From: Candidatus Omnitrophota bacterium
GTDB lineage: Bacteria; Omnitrophota; Gorgyraeia; Zapsychrales; Aceulaceae
Length of the DNA stretch: 64,000 nt
Reading direction: 5' to 3'
Assembly (NCBI GenBank): GCA_029564765.1
Contig: JAKQPK010000075.1
Span: 4,603-68,602 of the forward strand
A model generated the notes under the pieces. That model ran no database searches. It saw only the letters and a list, made by a program, of their open reading frames with translations, and was not told where the DNA came from. Within the stretch, counting starts at the first letter, position 1; the number at the start of each line of letters is the position of its first letter. Positions 39,487 to 48,958 of the stretch are shown here, piece by piece. The position numbers and the translations under genes were made by a program.

Positions 39487-39539
39487 TTTCTGAATAAGTA
39501 TTTGTGATTGAGTGAGTTACGATAGAAGTGTCCTATGAA
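39487..39539 (+). repeat. Direct repeat copy 2
   Basis: 'gaacgtttctgaataagtatttgtgattgagtgagttacgatagaagtgtcctatga'. It is preceded by a small ORF whose C-terminus ('HPRTFLNKYL*') parallels the copy-1 ORF ('TPQTFLCKNL*'). Confidence 0.7.
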
Positions 39540-39574
39540 AAGTAGTGAAGTATGTTAAAATGTTAAATTAATTT

Positions 39575-40333
39575 ATGAAACTATTTAAACGTATTATCTT
39601 ATTTTTTGGCCTTATTTTTATTTTACTGTTCGCCTTTCTAACGACAGCCGTATTCGTGACCGCAAACCTGCGCATTAAGGATATCGTCGAGCAGGAGATC
39701 GAGCAGGATATTGGCATTGATATCACAATAGAGCATGTGAGCCTTTCTCCTTTGTTGGCGCGTATTTCCGTGCAGGGGATCACAGTCCATAATCCGGCAG
39801 GATTTACAGAGCCGGAACTTGCTTATATCAATGTGGTGCATTTTGTTTTTGACCCCATTGAGATCATTGTCCAACGTAAACCCAATATCTATTTGTTTGC
39901 CATTGATGTCGAACGTATCAATATCGTGCGTAACGCCCAAAAGAAAATAAACGTTCAGGAGATCATTGCGAACGCAAAAACGAAAGCTACCAGCGAGACT
40001 CAGACTCCTTTTTATTTTGATGTTGCGGTGATCAGTATTGCTAAGGTCCACTTTCTGGACTATGCCTCTGGCAAGAAAAAGATGTCGACCTACCCTGTCC
40101 GTATCAAGAACGCGACATTTTTTGACCTGAAGAATGGTAACGAAGTCGCCCGTATGATCATTGCTGAAGCATTGCGCCATACTGAGATCGGAAAATTGCT
40201 GCACATGACGGTCATTCCGGTTGTGACACAGGTCAACAGTACGATGTCCGCGATGTGGGGTGCGACAAGAACAGGAGCTAAGGGTGCCTTTGAGATCATT
40301 GCGCTGCCTTTTAATCTGCTGACAGGGCGGTAA
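39575..40333 (+). CDS. Membrane-anchored hypothetical protein (AsmA/DUF748-like N-terminal region)
   Basis: N-terminal TM helix 'IILFFGLIFILLFAFLTTAVFV', beta-rich remainder. Confidence 0.45.
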   Translation: MKLFKRIILFFGLIFILLFAFLTTAVFVTANLRIKDIVEQEIEQDIGIDITIEHVSLSPLLARISVQGITVHNPAGFTEPELAYINVVHFVFDPIEIIVQRKPNIYLFAIDVERINIVRNAQKKINVQEIIANAKTKATSETQTPFYFDVAVISIAKVHFLDYASGKKKMSTYPVRIKNATFFDLKNGNEVARMIIAEALRHTEIGKLLHMTVIPVVTQVNSTMSAMWGATRTGAKGAFEIIALPFNLLTGR

Positions 40334-40358
40334 AAGATCTTGGTATAAAAAATTCTAT

Positions 40359-40386
40359 TTGACCAGGGCCGATATGTGAGTATAAT
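40359..40386 (+). promoter_or_regulatory. Near-consensus sigma70 promoter (TTGACC-16-TATAAT)
   Basis: 'ttgaccagggccgatatgtgagtataat'. Confidence 0.55.
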
Positions 40387-40392
40387 ACGCCT

Positions 40393-40450
40393 AAAGATTA
40401 GAACGTCCTAACGCCGCCAAGGAGATAGCTAACCTTGGCGGTTTTTATTT
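40393..40450 (+). ncRNA. Candidate ~55-60-nt small RNA or terminated 5' leader of the DEAD-box helicase gene (promoter followed by intrinsic terminator)
   Basis: The transcript would begin ~7 nt after the -10 element. Perfect 9-bp GC-rich stem 'ccgccaagg-agatagctaa-ccttggcgg' followed by 'tttttatttt'. No ORF. Confidence 0.4.
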
Positions 40451-40478
40451 TAGCTAAAAAAAGAAAGATAGAAGGTGT

Positions 40479-41768
40479 TTGATGAACAGTAAAACAGGGA
40501 ACATGAACCAATTCTCATTACATCCCCTGGAGCAAGGCCAAGGTTTTTTCGGACTCGGCATTGCGCCTAAGATCCTGGATGTTTTGGAGCGTCTTAAGTT
40601 CAAGGCGCCAACGCCCATCCAGAAAAAAGCGATCCCCTTGGCGATCGACGGTAAAGATGTCGTTGGAATCGCCCAAACAGGCACGGGGAAAACGCATTCG
40701 TTCGCTATCCCGATGATCCAGCGCTTAGCCCAGGGTGGAGGCAAAGGCCTTGTTTTAGCTCCCACACGTGAGCTCGCGGTCCAGATCGATGAGGCTTGTC
40801 GTATCCTGGCGCACGCGTTTGGGATGCGTACCAGCTGTCTTATTGGCGGCGCGTCCATGCACGATCAAATACGCGTTCTAAGAAAAGGTCCACGGATCGT
40901 GATCGCTACACCCGGACGCTTGTTAGACCATATCGAGCAAAGAAATATTTCGCTTAATGATGTCAGTATGCTTGTCTTGGACGAAGCGGACCGCATGCTG
41001 GACATGGGGTTTGCGCCTCAGATTAACCAGGTGCTACGCCTTGTCCCTCGCGAGAGGCAAACCATGCTTTTTTCAGCAACAATTCCAAAAGCGATCATGG
41101 AGATCGCTAGCAAATACATGAAGCTTCCTGTTTCGGTTGAGATCGCTCCGTCAGGAACGGTTGCTGAGCGCGTGACCCAGGAAGTCTTTATTATCCCTAA
41201 GGATTCCAAGGTCAAACTCCTTGAAAAGATCCTCGCTCAATATCACGGCTCGGTTTTGCTTTTTTCGCGCACAAAGCATCAAGCGCGAAAGCTGACCATC
41301 GCGATCCGCAACATGCGTTATAGCGCGGCAGAGATCCATTCGGACCGCTCCTTGTCTCAAAGGCGGGAGGCCCTAGAAGGATTTAAGTCGGGAAGGTTCC
41401 GTGTACTCGTAGCGACAGATATCGCCTCGCGAGGGATCGATGTGGCGGGTATCGAACTTGTAGTCAATTATGATCTTCCGGAGGATATTGAGAATTATGT
41501 CCATCGCATTGGCCGTACGGGCCGCGCTGGACAAAAAGGACACGCGATCTCCTTCGCGACTCCTGATCAACGCAGTGATGTCCGTAATATTGAACAGCTT
41601 ATCAAGGCAACATTGCCGATATCCAAACATCCAGAATTTCCTGATATTTCCTTCACTCCAGGCGTTGTTATACAGACTGGGCGCAGGCCGTTTACGCCGC
41701 GCGTGCGCCATCAGAAGGTTCAGCCGCGCAGAGGCTTCTCGCGCAGTTCACGGCGGAGGCCTTGGTAG
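40479..41768 (+). CDS. DEAD-box ATP-dependent RNA helicase (RhlE/DeaD-like)
   Basis: Q-motif 'PTPIQKKAIP', Walker A 'AQTGTGKT', 'PTRELA', 'DEAD', 'SAT', 'HRIGRTGRAG', basic RG-rich tail. Confidence 0.9.
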   Translation: MMNSKTGNMNQFSLHPLEQGQGFFGLGIAPKILDVLERLKFKAPTPIQKKAIPLAIDGKDVVGIAQTGTGKTHSFAIPMIQRLAQGGGKGLVLAPTRELAVQIDEACRILAHAFGMRTSCLIGGASMHDQIRVLRKGPRIVIATPGRLLDHIEQRNISLNDVSMLVLDEADRMLDMGFAPQINQVLRLVPRERQTMLFSATIPKAIMEIASKYMKLPVSVEIAPSGTVAERVTQEVFIIPKDSKVKLLEKILAQYHGSVLLFSRTKHQARKLTIAIRNMRYSAAEIHSDRSLSQRREALEGFKSGRFRVLVATDIASRGIDVAGIELVVNYDLPEDIENYVHRIGRTGRAGQKGHAISFATPDQRSDVRNIEQLIKATLPISKHPEFPDISFTPGVVIQTGRRPFTPRVRHQKVQPRRGFSRSSRRRPW

Positions 41769-41911
41769 AGAATATTTGGAGTTTAAAATTTTATTAAGTT
41801 CTGATAAAATTAATGATCAAGGAAATTTGCGCCTTGCTCACAATATCTCCTGAATTGACAATAAGGGAAGTTGGAGCAGGTGCATCTTTCCTTGAAAAAA
41901 TAGATGTAGAT

Positions 41912-41983
41912 GCGCCTGTAGCGTAACGGATAGCGCATTGGCCTCCGGCGCCATACGTGGCCGTTCGATTCGGCCCAGGCGCG
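41912..41983 (+). tRNA. tRNA-Arg (anticodon CCG)
   Basis: Hand-folded cloverleaf: acceptor 'gcgcctg'/'caggcgc', D-arm 'gcgt-aacggata-gcgc', anticodon arm 'ttggc-ctCCGgc-gccat', T-arm 'ggccg-ttcgatt-cggcc', discriminator g. No encoded CCA. Confidence 0.75.
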
Positions 41984-42175
41984 CTTTCTTTTTCAGCGAT
42001 TAAGGTACGCGCCACGAGAAGGTCTTTCGAGGCGCGCTTTTCTTGAAAGTAACACTAAGGTAACGCGTCCGCTTCCTTGAAGAAAAGATCTTTGTTGAAG
42101 CAGGGCGCGCTTTCTCTTAAAAGTAGATCGCGGTAACCGCGCCCTTCTAAGGTCAGGATAGGGCGCATTTTCTTA
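41976..42175 (+). repeat. Three degenerate ~70-bp direct repeats, each beginning with a copy of the tRNA-Arg 3' end ('ggcgcgctttc')
   Basis: 'caggcgcgctttcttttt' (tRNA 3' end), 'gaggcgcgcttttcttgaaag', 'cagggcgcgctttctcttaaaag', 'agggcgcattttcttatcg'. Recurring 'ctaaggt(a/c)a.cgcg' sub-motifs. Confidence 0.5.
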
Positions 42176-42255
42176 TCGTAATTCCCTTAAAAATCAGTAG
42201 AATTCAACCTGTTTTCTTAATATAATGAAAAAAATCGAAAGCAGGCACTGATCCC

Positions 42256-42690
42256 ATGTTCAACCGTTTGAAATCGTTTTTTAAGAAGGCTCAGCTCTCG
42301 TCAACCTCTTTGTCGGGTCGCCGCATCCTCGTTGTTGAAGATGAAACCGCGCAGCGATTGACGCTGGAGCGTATCTTGCAAAAAGAAGGTGTTCATGTTG
42401 TATCCGCGGAAAACGGCGAGCAGGGATTGCGCAAGGCGGTTGAATTTTTTCCTGATGTCATTTTGTTGGATGAGCGTATGCCTGTTATGAGCGGCGCAGA
42501 TATGTGCCGTGAATTAAAAAAGCATGAGGTGACGAGGGATATTCCGGTCATTTTTTTGACAGCGGCAGATTCTCCTGAAGATGTCGTTGAGCATTTCGAG
42601 CTTGGCGCGGAGATCCATCTTGCCAAACCCATCAACGCCAAAGAGCTTATTTCTCAGATATTGATCAGCTTGAATACTGTAAAGGAATAA
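42256..42690 (+). CDS. Stand-alone response-regulator receiver
   Basis: 'RILVVEDE', 'ILLDERMPVMSGADM', 'VIFLTA', 'HLAKP'. Confidence 0.8.
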   Translation: MFNRLKSFFKKAQLSSTSLSGRRILVVEDETAQRLTLERILQKEGVHVVSAENGEQGLRKAVEFFPDVILLDERMPVMSGADMCRELKKHEVTRDIPVIFLTAADSPEDVVEHFELGAEIHLAKPINAKELISQILISLNTVKE

Positions 42691-42692
42691 AA

Positions 42693-43976
42693 ATGTTAGA
42701 TCTAAAGTTTGTTCGCGAAAATGATAAGGCAGTCCGCAGCGCCTTAGCAGCTCGCAGCGGTTATCGTGTAGATATTGATCTTTTTATGGACTTGGACCAA
42801 AAGCGGCGCAAGCTTCTGACGAAACTTGATGAATTGCGCGAAAAAAGAAATGTCGCCAACGACGAGATCTCTCAATGTTTAAAAGAAAAAAAAGACGCTA
42901 AGGCCAAGATCGAGGCCATGAAAGAGGTGTCGCAGAAGATCAGCGAACTTGAGCCGCAAGTAAAAGAGCTTGAAGCGCAAGTGGAAGCGATCTTGATGGG
43001 CATTCCTAACATGCCCCACATTTCTGTTCCTATCGGCAGTCCTGAAAAAAATCAATATGTCCGCCAAGTCGGTGAACCGGTCAAGTTTGATTTTAAGCCT
43101 AAAGCCCATTTTGAGATCGCGGAAGCGCTCAACATTATTGATTTCAAAAGGGCATCCAAGATCACAGGGTCGAACTTTATCGTTTATAAAGGCGCGGGCG
43201 CGCGGCTTGAGCGCGCGTTGTTAAATTTTATGCTGGAACTGCATACCCGCGAGCATGGGTACGTGGAAATTTTTCCGCCGTTTTTGGTGAACCGTGCTTC
43301 CATGACGGGAACCGGACAGCTGCCAAAGATGGAAGAGGATATGTATCGGCTCAAGGACGAGGATCTTTTTCTGATCCCAACAGCTGAGGTCCCTGTAACG
43401 AACCTTCATCGAGATGAGATCCTTGCAGAAGAAGACCTGCCGATCCGCTATGCCGCCTATACTGCGTGTTTTCGACGAGAGGCAGGGTCTTACGGCAAGG
43501 ATACCCGCGGTTTAATGCGCGTGCATCAATTTGACAAAGTAGAACTTGTAAAATTTGTTAGGCCTGAAACATCCTATGACGAACTTGAGAAACTCCTCGG
43601 TAACGCGGAGAAGGTTTTGCAGCTTTTAGGACTTGCGTATCGCGTGGTCATGCTGGCTACTGGAGACCTAAGCTTTGCAGCTGCCAAGTGTTATGACCTA
43701 GAGGCGTATGCGGCTGGGTTGGATAAATGGCTTGAGGTTTCCAGCTGTTCGAATTTTGAGGATTTTCAGGCCCGACGCTCTAACATCAGATTTAAAGGCA
43801 AAACGACGTCTAAGCCGACATATGTCCATACGTTAAACGGTTCTGGGGTCGCTTTGGCGCGCACGATGGCCGCTATTTTAGAGAATTATCAGACCGCAGA
43901 CGGCAGGGTCGTTATCCCGCAAGTTTTGCGTCCGTTCATGGGAGGGGAGGAATACATTGGTCCAGCGACTCGTTAG
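42693..43976 (+). CDS. serS: Seryl-tRNA synthetase
   Basis: N-terminal coiled-coil arm, class II motifs 'FRREAGSYGKDTRGLMRVHQFDKVE' and 'GSGVALARTMAAILENYQ'. Confidence 0.95.
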   Translation: MLDLKFVRENDKAVRSALAARSGYRVDIDLFMDLDQKRRKLLTKLDELREKRNVANDEISQCLKEKKDAKAKIEAMKEVSQKISELEPQVKELEAQVEAILMGIPNMPHISVPIGSPEKNQYVRQVGEPVKFDFKPKAHFEIAEALNIIDFKRASKITGSNFIVYKGAGARLERALLNFMLELHTREHGYVEIFPPFLVNRASMTGTGQLPKMEEDMYRLKDEDLFLIPTAEVPVTNLHRDEILAEEDLPIRYAAYTACFRREAGSYGKDTRGLMRVHQFDKVELVKFVRPETSYDELEKLLGNAEKVLQLLGLAYRVVMLATGDLSFAAAKCYDLEAYAAGLDKWLEVSSCSNFEDFQARRSNIRFKGKTTSKPTYVHTLNGSGVALARTMAAILENYQTADGRVVIPQVLRPFMGGEEYIGPATR

Positions 43977-44562
43977 TGTTTTAAAATTTGCCTTGTTCGT
44001 TCTCGCGATCCCTCTTATTTTTGCCGCGGTCACGGGCTTTATTAATGAAATATTGCTTTTGGACCCCTCTCAGAGCAATTGTTTCTTTTGGGGTATTATC
44101 AGCTACCTGCTTTTTCATCTCTTTATTGCTGAACCGACCGCTGTTTATCAATACGGCAAAGGACTTGTGGCAGATATCTTTAAATTTTTCCAGCCGCTTG
44201 TTGTGGTCGCTCCTCTGATCCTGCCTATCTTCGCGATCTTTTTTTTGATCTTATTGTACTTAGCGCCATTCGTTATCAAGACAGTTGACTTATCGTTATA
44301 TTTCTTATTTTTTGCCAGCTTCACGTTCGCGATGCACTTAGTGTTGACCGCGAAAGAGTTGCGCGCTCAAGACGCGCAAACTTTGAGGTCTGATTATTTT
44401 TTTTCGATGACCTTGGTCTTTTTTGTCAGCGTGCTTGCCATGGCGGGAATGATCGATCTATGCTTGAACCGTTTTTCATTCATCCAATTCCTGAAAACAA
44501 CATTGACCATCGCAAGCGATATTTACCAAGCGATCTTTAATCAACTTTTTATACCCCGATAA
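43957..44562 (+). CDS. Hypothetical polytopic membrane protein (201 aa)
   Basis: Five or six TM helices. Overlaps the serS stop. Confidence 0.45.
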   Translation: MVQRLVSVLKFALFVLAIPLIFAAVTGFINEILLLDPSQSNCFFWGIISYLLFHLFIAEPTAVYQYGKGLVADIFKFFQPLVVVAPLILPIFAIFFLILLYLAPFVIKTVDLSLYFLFFASFTFAMHLVLTAKELRAQDAQTLRSDYFFSMTLVFFVSVLAMAGMIDLCLNRFSFIQFLKTTLTIASDIYQAIFNQLFIPR

Positions 44563-44590
44563 CTTCAAAACAAAAAGGACCTATAACCTC

Positions 44591-47500
44591 ATGATCAGGA
44601 ACAAGAATATTTTTCTTTTGTACGCGTTGTCATTTTTTTTCTTTTTGTCAGGGGCCTGCGGCCTTATTTATGAGATCATCTGGGTGCGAAAGCTTGGCTT
44701 GATCTTTGGCAATACAACCTTGGCGATCAGCACGGTCTTGGCGGTTTTTATGGCTGGCCTTGGACTGGGAAGTCTTTTTTTTGGGCGCTATATCGACCGT
44801 CATAAGGATCCGTTGCGCTGGTATGGCTGGCTTGAAATAGGGATCGGTATATTCTGCCTGGCAACGCCGAGCATCTGGGCCTTTGTTGAAAGAGGCTATG
44901 TTCTTGTCTATCAGGGGCTGAGGCCAGGGTTTTGGCAGTTCAGCCTTATCCGCTTTGCCGTGTCTTTCCTTGTACTCTTTATCCCGACCTTTTTAATGGG
45001 AGGGACTTTACCGGTCGTAACAAAATTTTTAGTCCGTGATTGCCGAGAGACGGCGAAGACAGTCGGATTTCTTTATGGTGTTAATACCTTCGGGGCCTGC
45101 GCAGGTGTTCTTATTTCAAGTTTTTTTGCCATTTATTATTTTGGCATCAATCAAACTGTTTTTATTGCCGCGGCAATTAATATTTTTATTGGGTTAGCCA
45201 CATTTTTTATATTGAAATTAAAGAGGTCTTGGCAGGGGACAGGCAGTATCGAGGAAGATGTTTCAGAAGGTCCTTTGCCCCAGGCCCAGGCCGATATATC
45301 ACCAGGACGCCTGCCTCACGCCTATCTTGTGAAGTTGTTGTTCTTTGTTTTTGCGCTTTCTGGTTTTACATCGATGACATATCAACTGTGCTGGACAAAA
45401 GTTTTGGCGCTGTGTTTGGGTAGTTCGGTTTACTCTTTCGCGATCATGTTGGCAACTTTTCTCGCTGGCTTGTCAATTGGTAGCTTTTTTCTAGGATGGT
45501 TGGCGCGGCATATCAAGATCGGTTATTCTTTGGTCGGGTTAGTGCAGGTCTTGATCGCCTTATTCGTAGCATGGGGCGTGACCATGTTCGATCAGCTTCC
45601 GTTTTATTTTTTACATTTTTTTAGTCTTTGGAAGACGAACCATTTTCTATTTAATTTATCAAAATTCTTGCTCTCTAGCCTGATTATTCTTCCGCCGACG
45701 ATCCTCATCGGCTGCATGTTCGCCATGGTCACGCATATCCTGAATCGATCAGTTGCGACCACCGGCAAAACGATCGGACACGCATACTTGATCAACACCA
45801 TAGGATGTATTTTAGGTTCGGTGTTCTCTGGATTTATTCTTGTTCCAAGCATGGGGATCTACCGAACATTGATCTTAATGGTCGTTCTTAATTTGATCGC
45901 AGGTTCTCTGTTTGTGTTTGTGTCAAGCAAGGGTTGGAGAAAAAGACAGGTCATTGCAACAGCGGGGCTTATTATAGCCGCTGTCCTTGTTTTGCTGCAG
46001 GCGCGCCCTTGGTCTAAAGGCCTTTTGACAACGAATATCGCTATTGATCCAAAAACTTATTTAGGTCATAGCAAATACGAGATCCTTAGCAGCACCGCTC
46101 AAAATGAGTTGCTGTATTATAAAGAAGGCCTAAGCGGTACAGTTGCCGTTAAGCGTCATCATGAAGTGCTTTCTCTCGCGATCAATGCCAATATTGACGC
46201 CTCAAATGGAACAGACATGTATACTCAGCTTTTGATCGGGCATTTGCCAAGTCTTTTTGCGGATAAGCATGATAAGGCCTTGGCCATCGGCATGGGAAGC
46301 GCTGTCACGGTTGCTGCCTTAGCTGCATATCCCTATAAGGAGATCCACTGTGTTGAGCTTGAGCAGGGAGTCGTGGAAGCAGCCAAGTTTTTTGCAAAAG
46401 AGAATCGTGGTGTTCTTGATGACCCTCGCGTTAAAAGTATCGTAAATGATGGGCGAAACCATTTGCTAGTGGAAGATGTTTTGTATGATGTTATTGTCTC
46501 AGAACCCTCTAGTCCCTGGATGGCTGGCGTGGCAAATTTGTTTACGGTCGAGCAATTTCGCCTTATCCAGAAACGCTTAGCGCCTCAGGGGGTCGTTTGC
46601 CAATGGCTCAACACCTATAGCATGTCATCAGATAATATCCAGATGATCATCAAGACATTTCGCAGCGTCTTTGCGCACACGAGCTTGTGGCAGACTATCG
46701 GCGCAGACCTGTTGTTGATCGGGTCAGATCATGAAATCGTGTATGATCTTCAGAAGATAGACCAGAGGATCCAGACTAATGACTTGCTGAAAAAAGATCT
46801 AGGATCGTTCAAGGTCTTTAATGCGGCGGGACTATTGTCTTGTTTTATGCTGACCAGCGAAGAGCTTGGGCGGGTGGGCGCGAATGCGCAGCTCAACACT
46901 GACAACTTGCCATTATTAGAATATTCTGCTCCCCTTAATTTGTACGGATACGAACAGGTTGTTTCTCAGAATCTTCAGATGATCAACTCTTATCGAGTAA
47001 GTCGTTATCCGAAGATCATGAATGGGCCCCGGTCGGCACAGGAGAAGGTAATATTCCATAATGCGATCGCAAGGGCGGCGCTTGAAAAAGGGGATTTTAC
47101 AACAGCCACAGCTGAGATAGCTTTGTCAAATAAAGAGCAGGCTTTAAATCCGGGATCAGTTCTTAACTATGGTATTTTTCAGTTTCACACCAGAAAGATC
47201 CCTGAAGCGATCGCGAATCTTGAAAGTTACATAAGCCAAGACAGTGGCGATCCGGACGCTCAATTTTATCTTGCCAGAGCGTATATGGCCAAAGGAGAGA
47301 TCGATAAGGCCAGCATGCTGTATGCGAAGGTGGTCTCTATGGCCCCGGATAATTATGACTACCTCATCACTTATGGCCAGGCCTTGATTCAAAAAGGCGA
47401 GATTGACAAAGCGATCGAGATCATACAGAGGGCAATCGACACAAAAGGGTTAACCTTTTCCAATGGTCTTTTGTTGGCCAATGTTCTTTTTGCTGGAAGA

Positions 47501-47794
47501 CAGATGGAAAAAGCGATCGCCATGATCGAGCATGTGATCGGTCTTTATCCGCACTCCTTTGGGGGTTACGACACTCTTGCGAGAATGTTTGAATTTGCTG
47601 GTGCGTTACCTGAGGCGGTCGCGATATATCAGAGGGCATCGCGCATGATCCCATTTGATGCCAGAGTGTATTATGCATTGTCGACCTTGTACGAGAAGAC
47701 CAATGATAAGCGTTCTGCGCGCATTATGGCGAAACTATATAAATTTTATGATAACGCACCTAAAATAGGTGGGAGTTCTCAGAAACAGAAGTAG
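44591..47794 (+). CDS. Fused membrane protein with duplicated polytopic N-terminal halves, a spermidine-synthase-like (polyamine aminopropyltransferase fold) domain and C-terminal TPR repeats
   Basis: Two copies of 'SG(A/F)...Y(E/Q)(I/L)xW(V/T)(R/K)' membrane modules. 'LAIGMGSAVTVAALAAYP...IHCVELEQGVVEAAKFF...YDVIVSEPSSPW'. TPR-like C-terminal 300 aa. Confidence 0.7.
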   Translation: MIRNKNIFLLYALSFFFFLSGACGLIYEIIWVRKLGLIFGNTTLAISTVLAVFMAGLGLGSLFFGRYIDRHKDPLRWYGWLEIGIGIFCLATPSIWAFVERGYVLVYQGLRPGFWQFSLIRFAVSFLVLFIPTFLMGGTLPVVTKFLVRDCRETAKTVGFLYGVNTFGACAGVLISSFFAIYYFGINQTVFIAAAINIFIGLATFFILKLKRSWQGTGSIEEDVSEGPLPQAQADISPGRLPHAYLVKLLFFVFALSGFTSMTYQLCWTKVLALCLGSSVYSFAIMLATFLAGLSIGSFFLGWLARHIKIGYSLVGLVQVLIALFVAWGVTMFDQLPFYFLHFFSLWKTNHFLFNLSKFLLSSLIILPPTILIGCMFAMVTHILNRSVATTGKTIGHAYLINTIGCILGSVFSGFILVPSMGIYRTLILMVVLNLIAGSLFVFVSSKGWRKRQVIATAGLIIAAVLVLLQARPWSKGLLTTNIAIDPKTYLGHSKYEILSSTAQNELLYYKEGLSGTVAVKRHHEVLSLAINANIDASNGTDMYTQLLIGHLPSLFADKHDKALAIGMGSAVTVAALAAYPYKEIHCVELEQGVVEAAKFFAKENRGVLDDPRVKSIVNDGRNHLLVEDVLYDVIVSEPSSPWMAGVANLFTVEQFRLIQKRLAPQGVVCQWLNTYSMSSDNIQMIIKTFRSVFAHTSLWQTIGADLLLIGSDHEIVYDLQKIDQRIQTNDLLKKDLGSFKVFNAAGLLSCFMLTSEELGRVGANAQLNTDNLPLLEYSAPLNLYGYEQVVSQNLQMINSYRVSRYPKIMNGPRSAQEKVIFHNAIARAALEKGDFTTATAEIALSNKEQALNPGSVLNYGIFQFHTRKIPEAIANLESYISQDSGDPDAQFYLARAYMAKGEIDKASMLYAKVVSMAPDNYDYLITYGQALIQKGEIDKAIEIIQRAIDTKGLTFSNGLLLANVLFAGRQMEKAIAMIEHVIGLYPHSFGGYDTLARMFEFAGALPEAVAIYQRASRMIPFDARVYYALSTLYEKTNDKRSARIMAKLYKFYDNAPKIGGSSQKQK

Positions 47795-47820
47795 GCGGGT
47801 GTCGATAGAGTGAGGATGTC

Positions 47821-48156
47821 ATGATGAGAAAAAGGATGCTTTTGATGGCCATGCTCATGTGTCTTTGCTGTTCTTCAGGCCTTTTTGCTCAAGGCTTAGA
47901 AGGGCAGAGCCCGCTTGATATCGTCAAAGGTAGGGTGGTCGAAACAGATTGGGTTGCTGGGAAGCTGGTTGTTAGGATCGACGATGCTTATCAGCCGGAC
48001 CAGATTACATTGTTCGCAACTCGAGACACAAAGATCACCAAGGGCGCAAGTGATATCTCCTTAGCTGATATTTTGCAAATGGACTATGTTACAGTTCAGT
48101 ATTATGTGAATTCTTTTGCGGGATTACGCGCTGTTAGTGTTGAAGTTCGCCAATAA
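47821..48156 (+). CDS. Small secreted hypothetical protein
   Basis: Signal peptide 'MLLMAMLMCLCCSSGLFAQG'. Confidence 0.4.
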   Translation: MMRKRMLLMAMLMCLCCSSGLFAQGLEGQSPLDIVKGRVVETDWVAGKLVVRIDDAYQPDQITLFATRDTKITKGASDISLADILQMDYVTVQYYVNSFAGLRAVSVEVRQ

Positions 48157-48176
48157 ACTAACCCAAGGAGGTCTAT

Positions 48177-48701
48177 ATGAATCGGATCGTTAAGCCTGGC
48201 ATGATCGTTTTGGCAGCGATTATTTGTGTTTCTTTCTTTTTGCCTTGGATTTCTGTAGAGTCACAAATGATCGGGAGTCTTTCAAAAGTCCTGACAGGCA
48301 AACGTCAGGCTGCGATCGACACGGTCAGCGGCTTTAGCGTTCCTATTATGGCCAACAGCTCAGAATCACGATTTATGATCACTGTTATTCAGATATTTAA
48401 TCCTGGGATAAAGGATGCGGATAAGAAAAGTTTCTTGATCTGGGGTGTTCCTTTGTTCGCAGTGCTCTTAGCCATTGTGATACGATTTTTTGATAAAAAC
48501 CGGTGGGTTAATCTTGCGATCGGTATTATAGGCATTGGTATATTCTTAGGCGCGACGTACAAGATCTTAACGACAGATTTGGACAAGTTAGTTTTAAAGG
48601 TAAACATTGCTTTTGGTTTATGGCTTATTCTAGGGTCTTATTTGCTTATGGGTCTTTTATGCCTTGGTCATTTTCTTTTTCTTGCAAAAAAGAAGCGATG
48701 A
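48177..48701 (+). CDS. Hypothetical membrane protein (4 TM)
   Basis: RBS 'aaggaggtctatATG'. Hydrophobic helices. Confidence 0.45.
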   Translation: MNRIVKPGMIVLAAIICVSFFLPWISVESQMIGSLSKVLTGKRQAAIDTVSGFSVPIMANSSESRFMITVIQIFNPGIKDADKKSFLIWGVPLFAVLLAIVIRFFDKNRWVNLAIGIIGIGIFLGATYKILTTDLDKLVLKVNIAFGLWLILGSYLLMGLLCLGHFLFLAKKKR

Positions 48702-48958
48702 ATACGTCCTTCTTTAAGATCATTAATAGAAAAAGCGAGATATCACAAATATAGGCATAGAATGTCTGTTGTAATATCCTGAGAAATTATAGGACTTGCC
48801 CGACATTTTGGCGCTTTATATGCTATACTTTAATTGCTCAAAGTTGTTTATATATTTGATCCTAGAGTTTATAGCTAGCCAAAGAAAAATAATCTATTCA
48901 TGGGCCTAGCTGTTTTCTCTCACATCGAAACCTTATATAAGGGAAAGATTAATTTATC

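Noticed and set aside
40454-40858. 134-aa minus-strand ORF
   Set aside because: It is antisense to the well-supported DEAD-box helicase gene and spans the promoter/terminator element. No family signal.
41794-42015. 73-aa minus-strand ORF
   Set aside because: It overlaps the tRNA-Arg gene and its repeat region. It is spurious.
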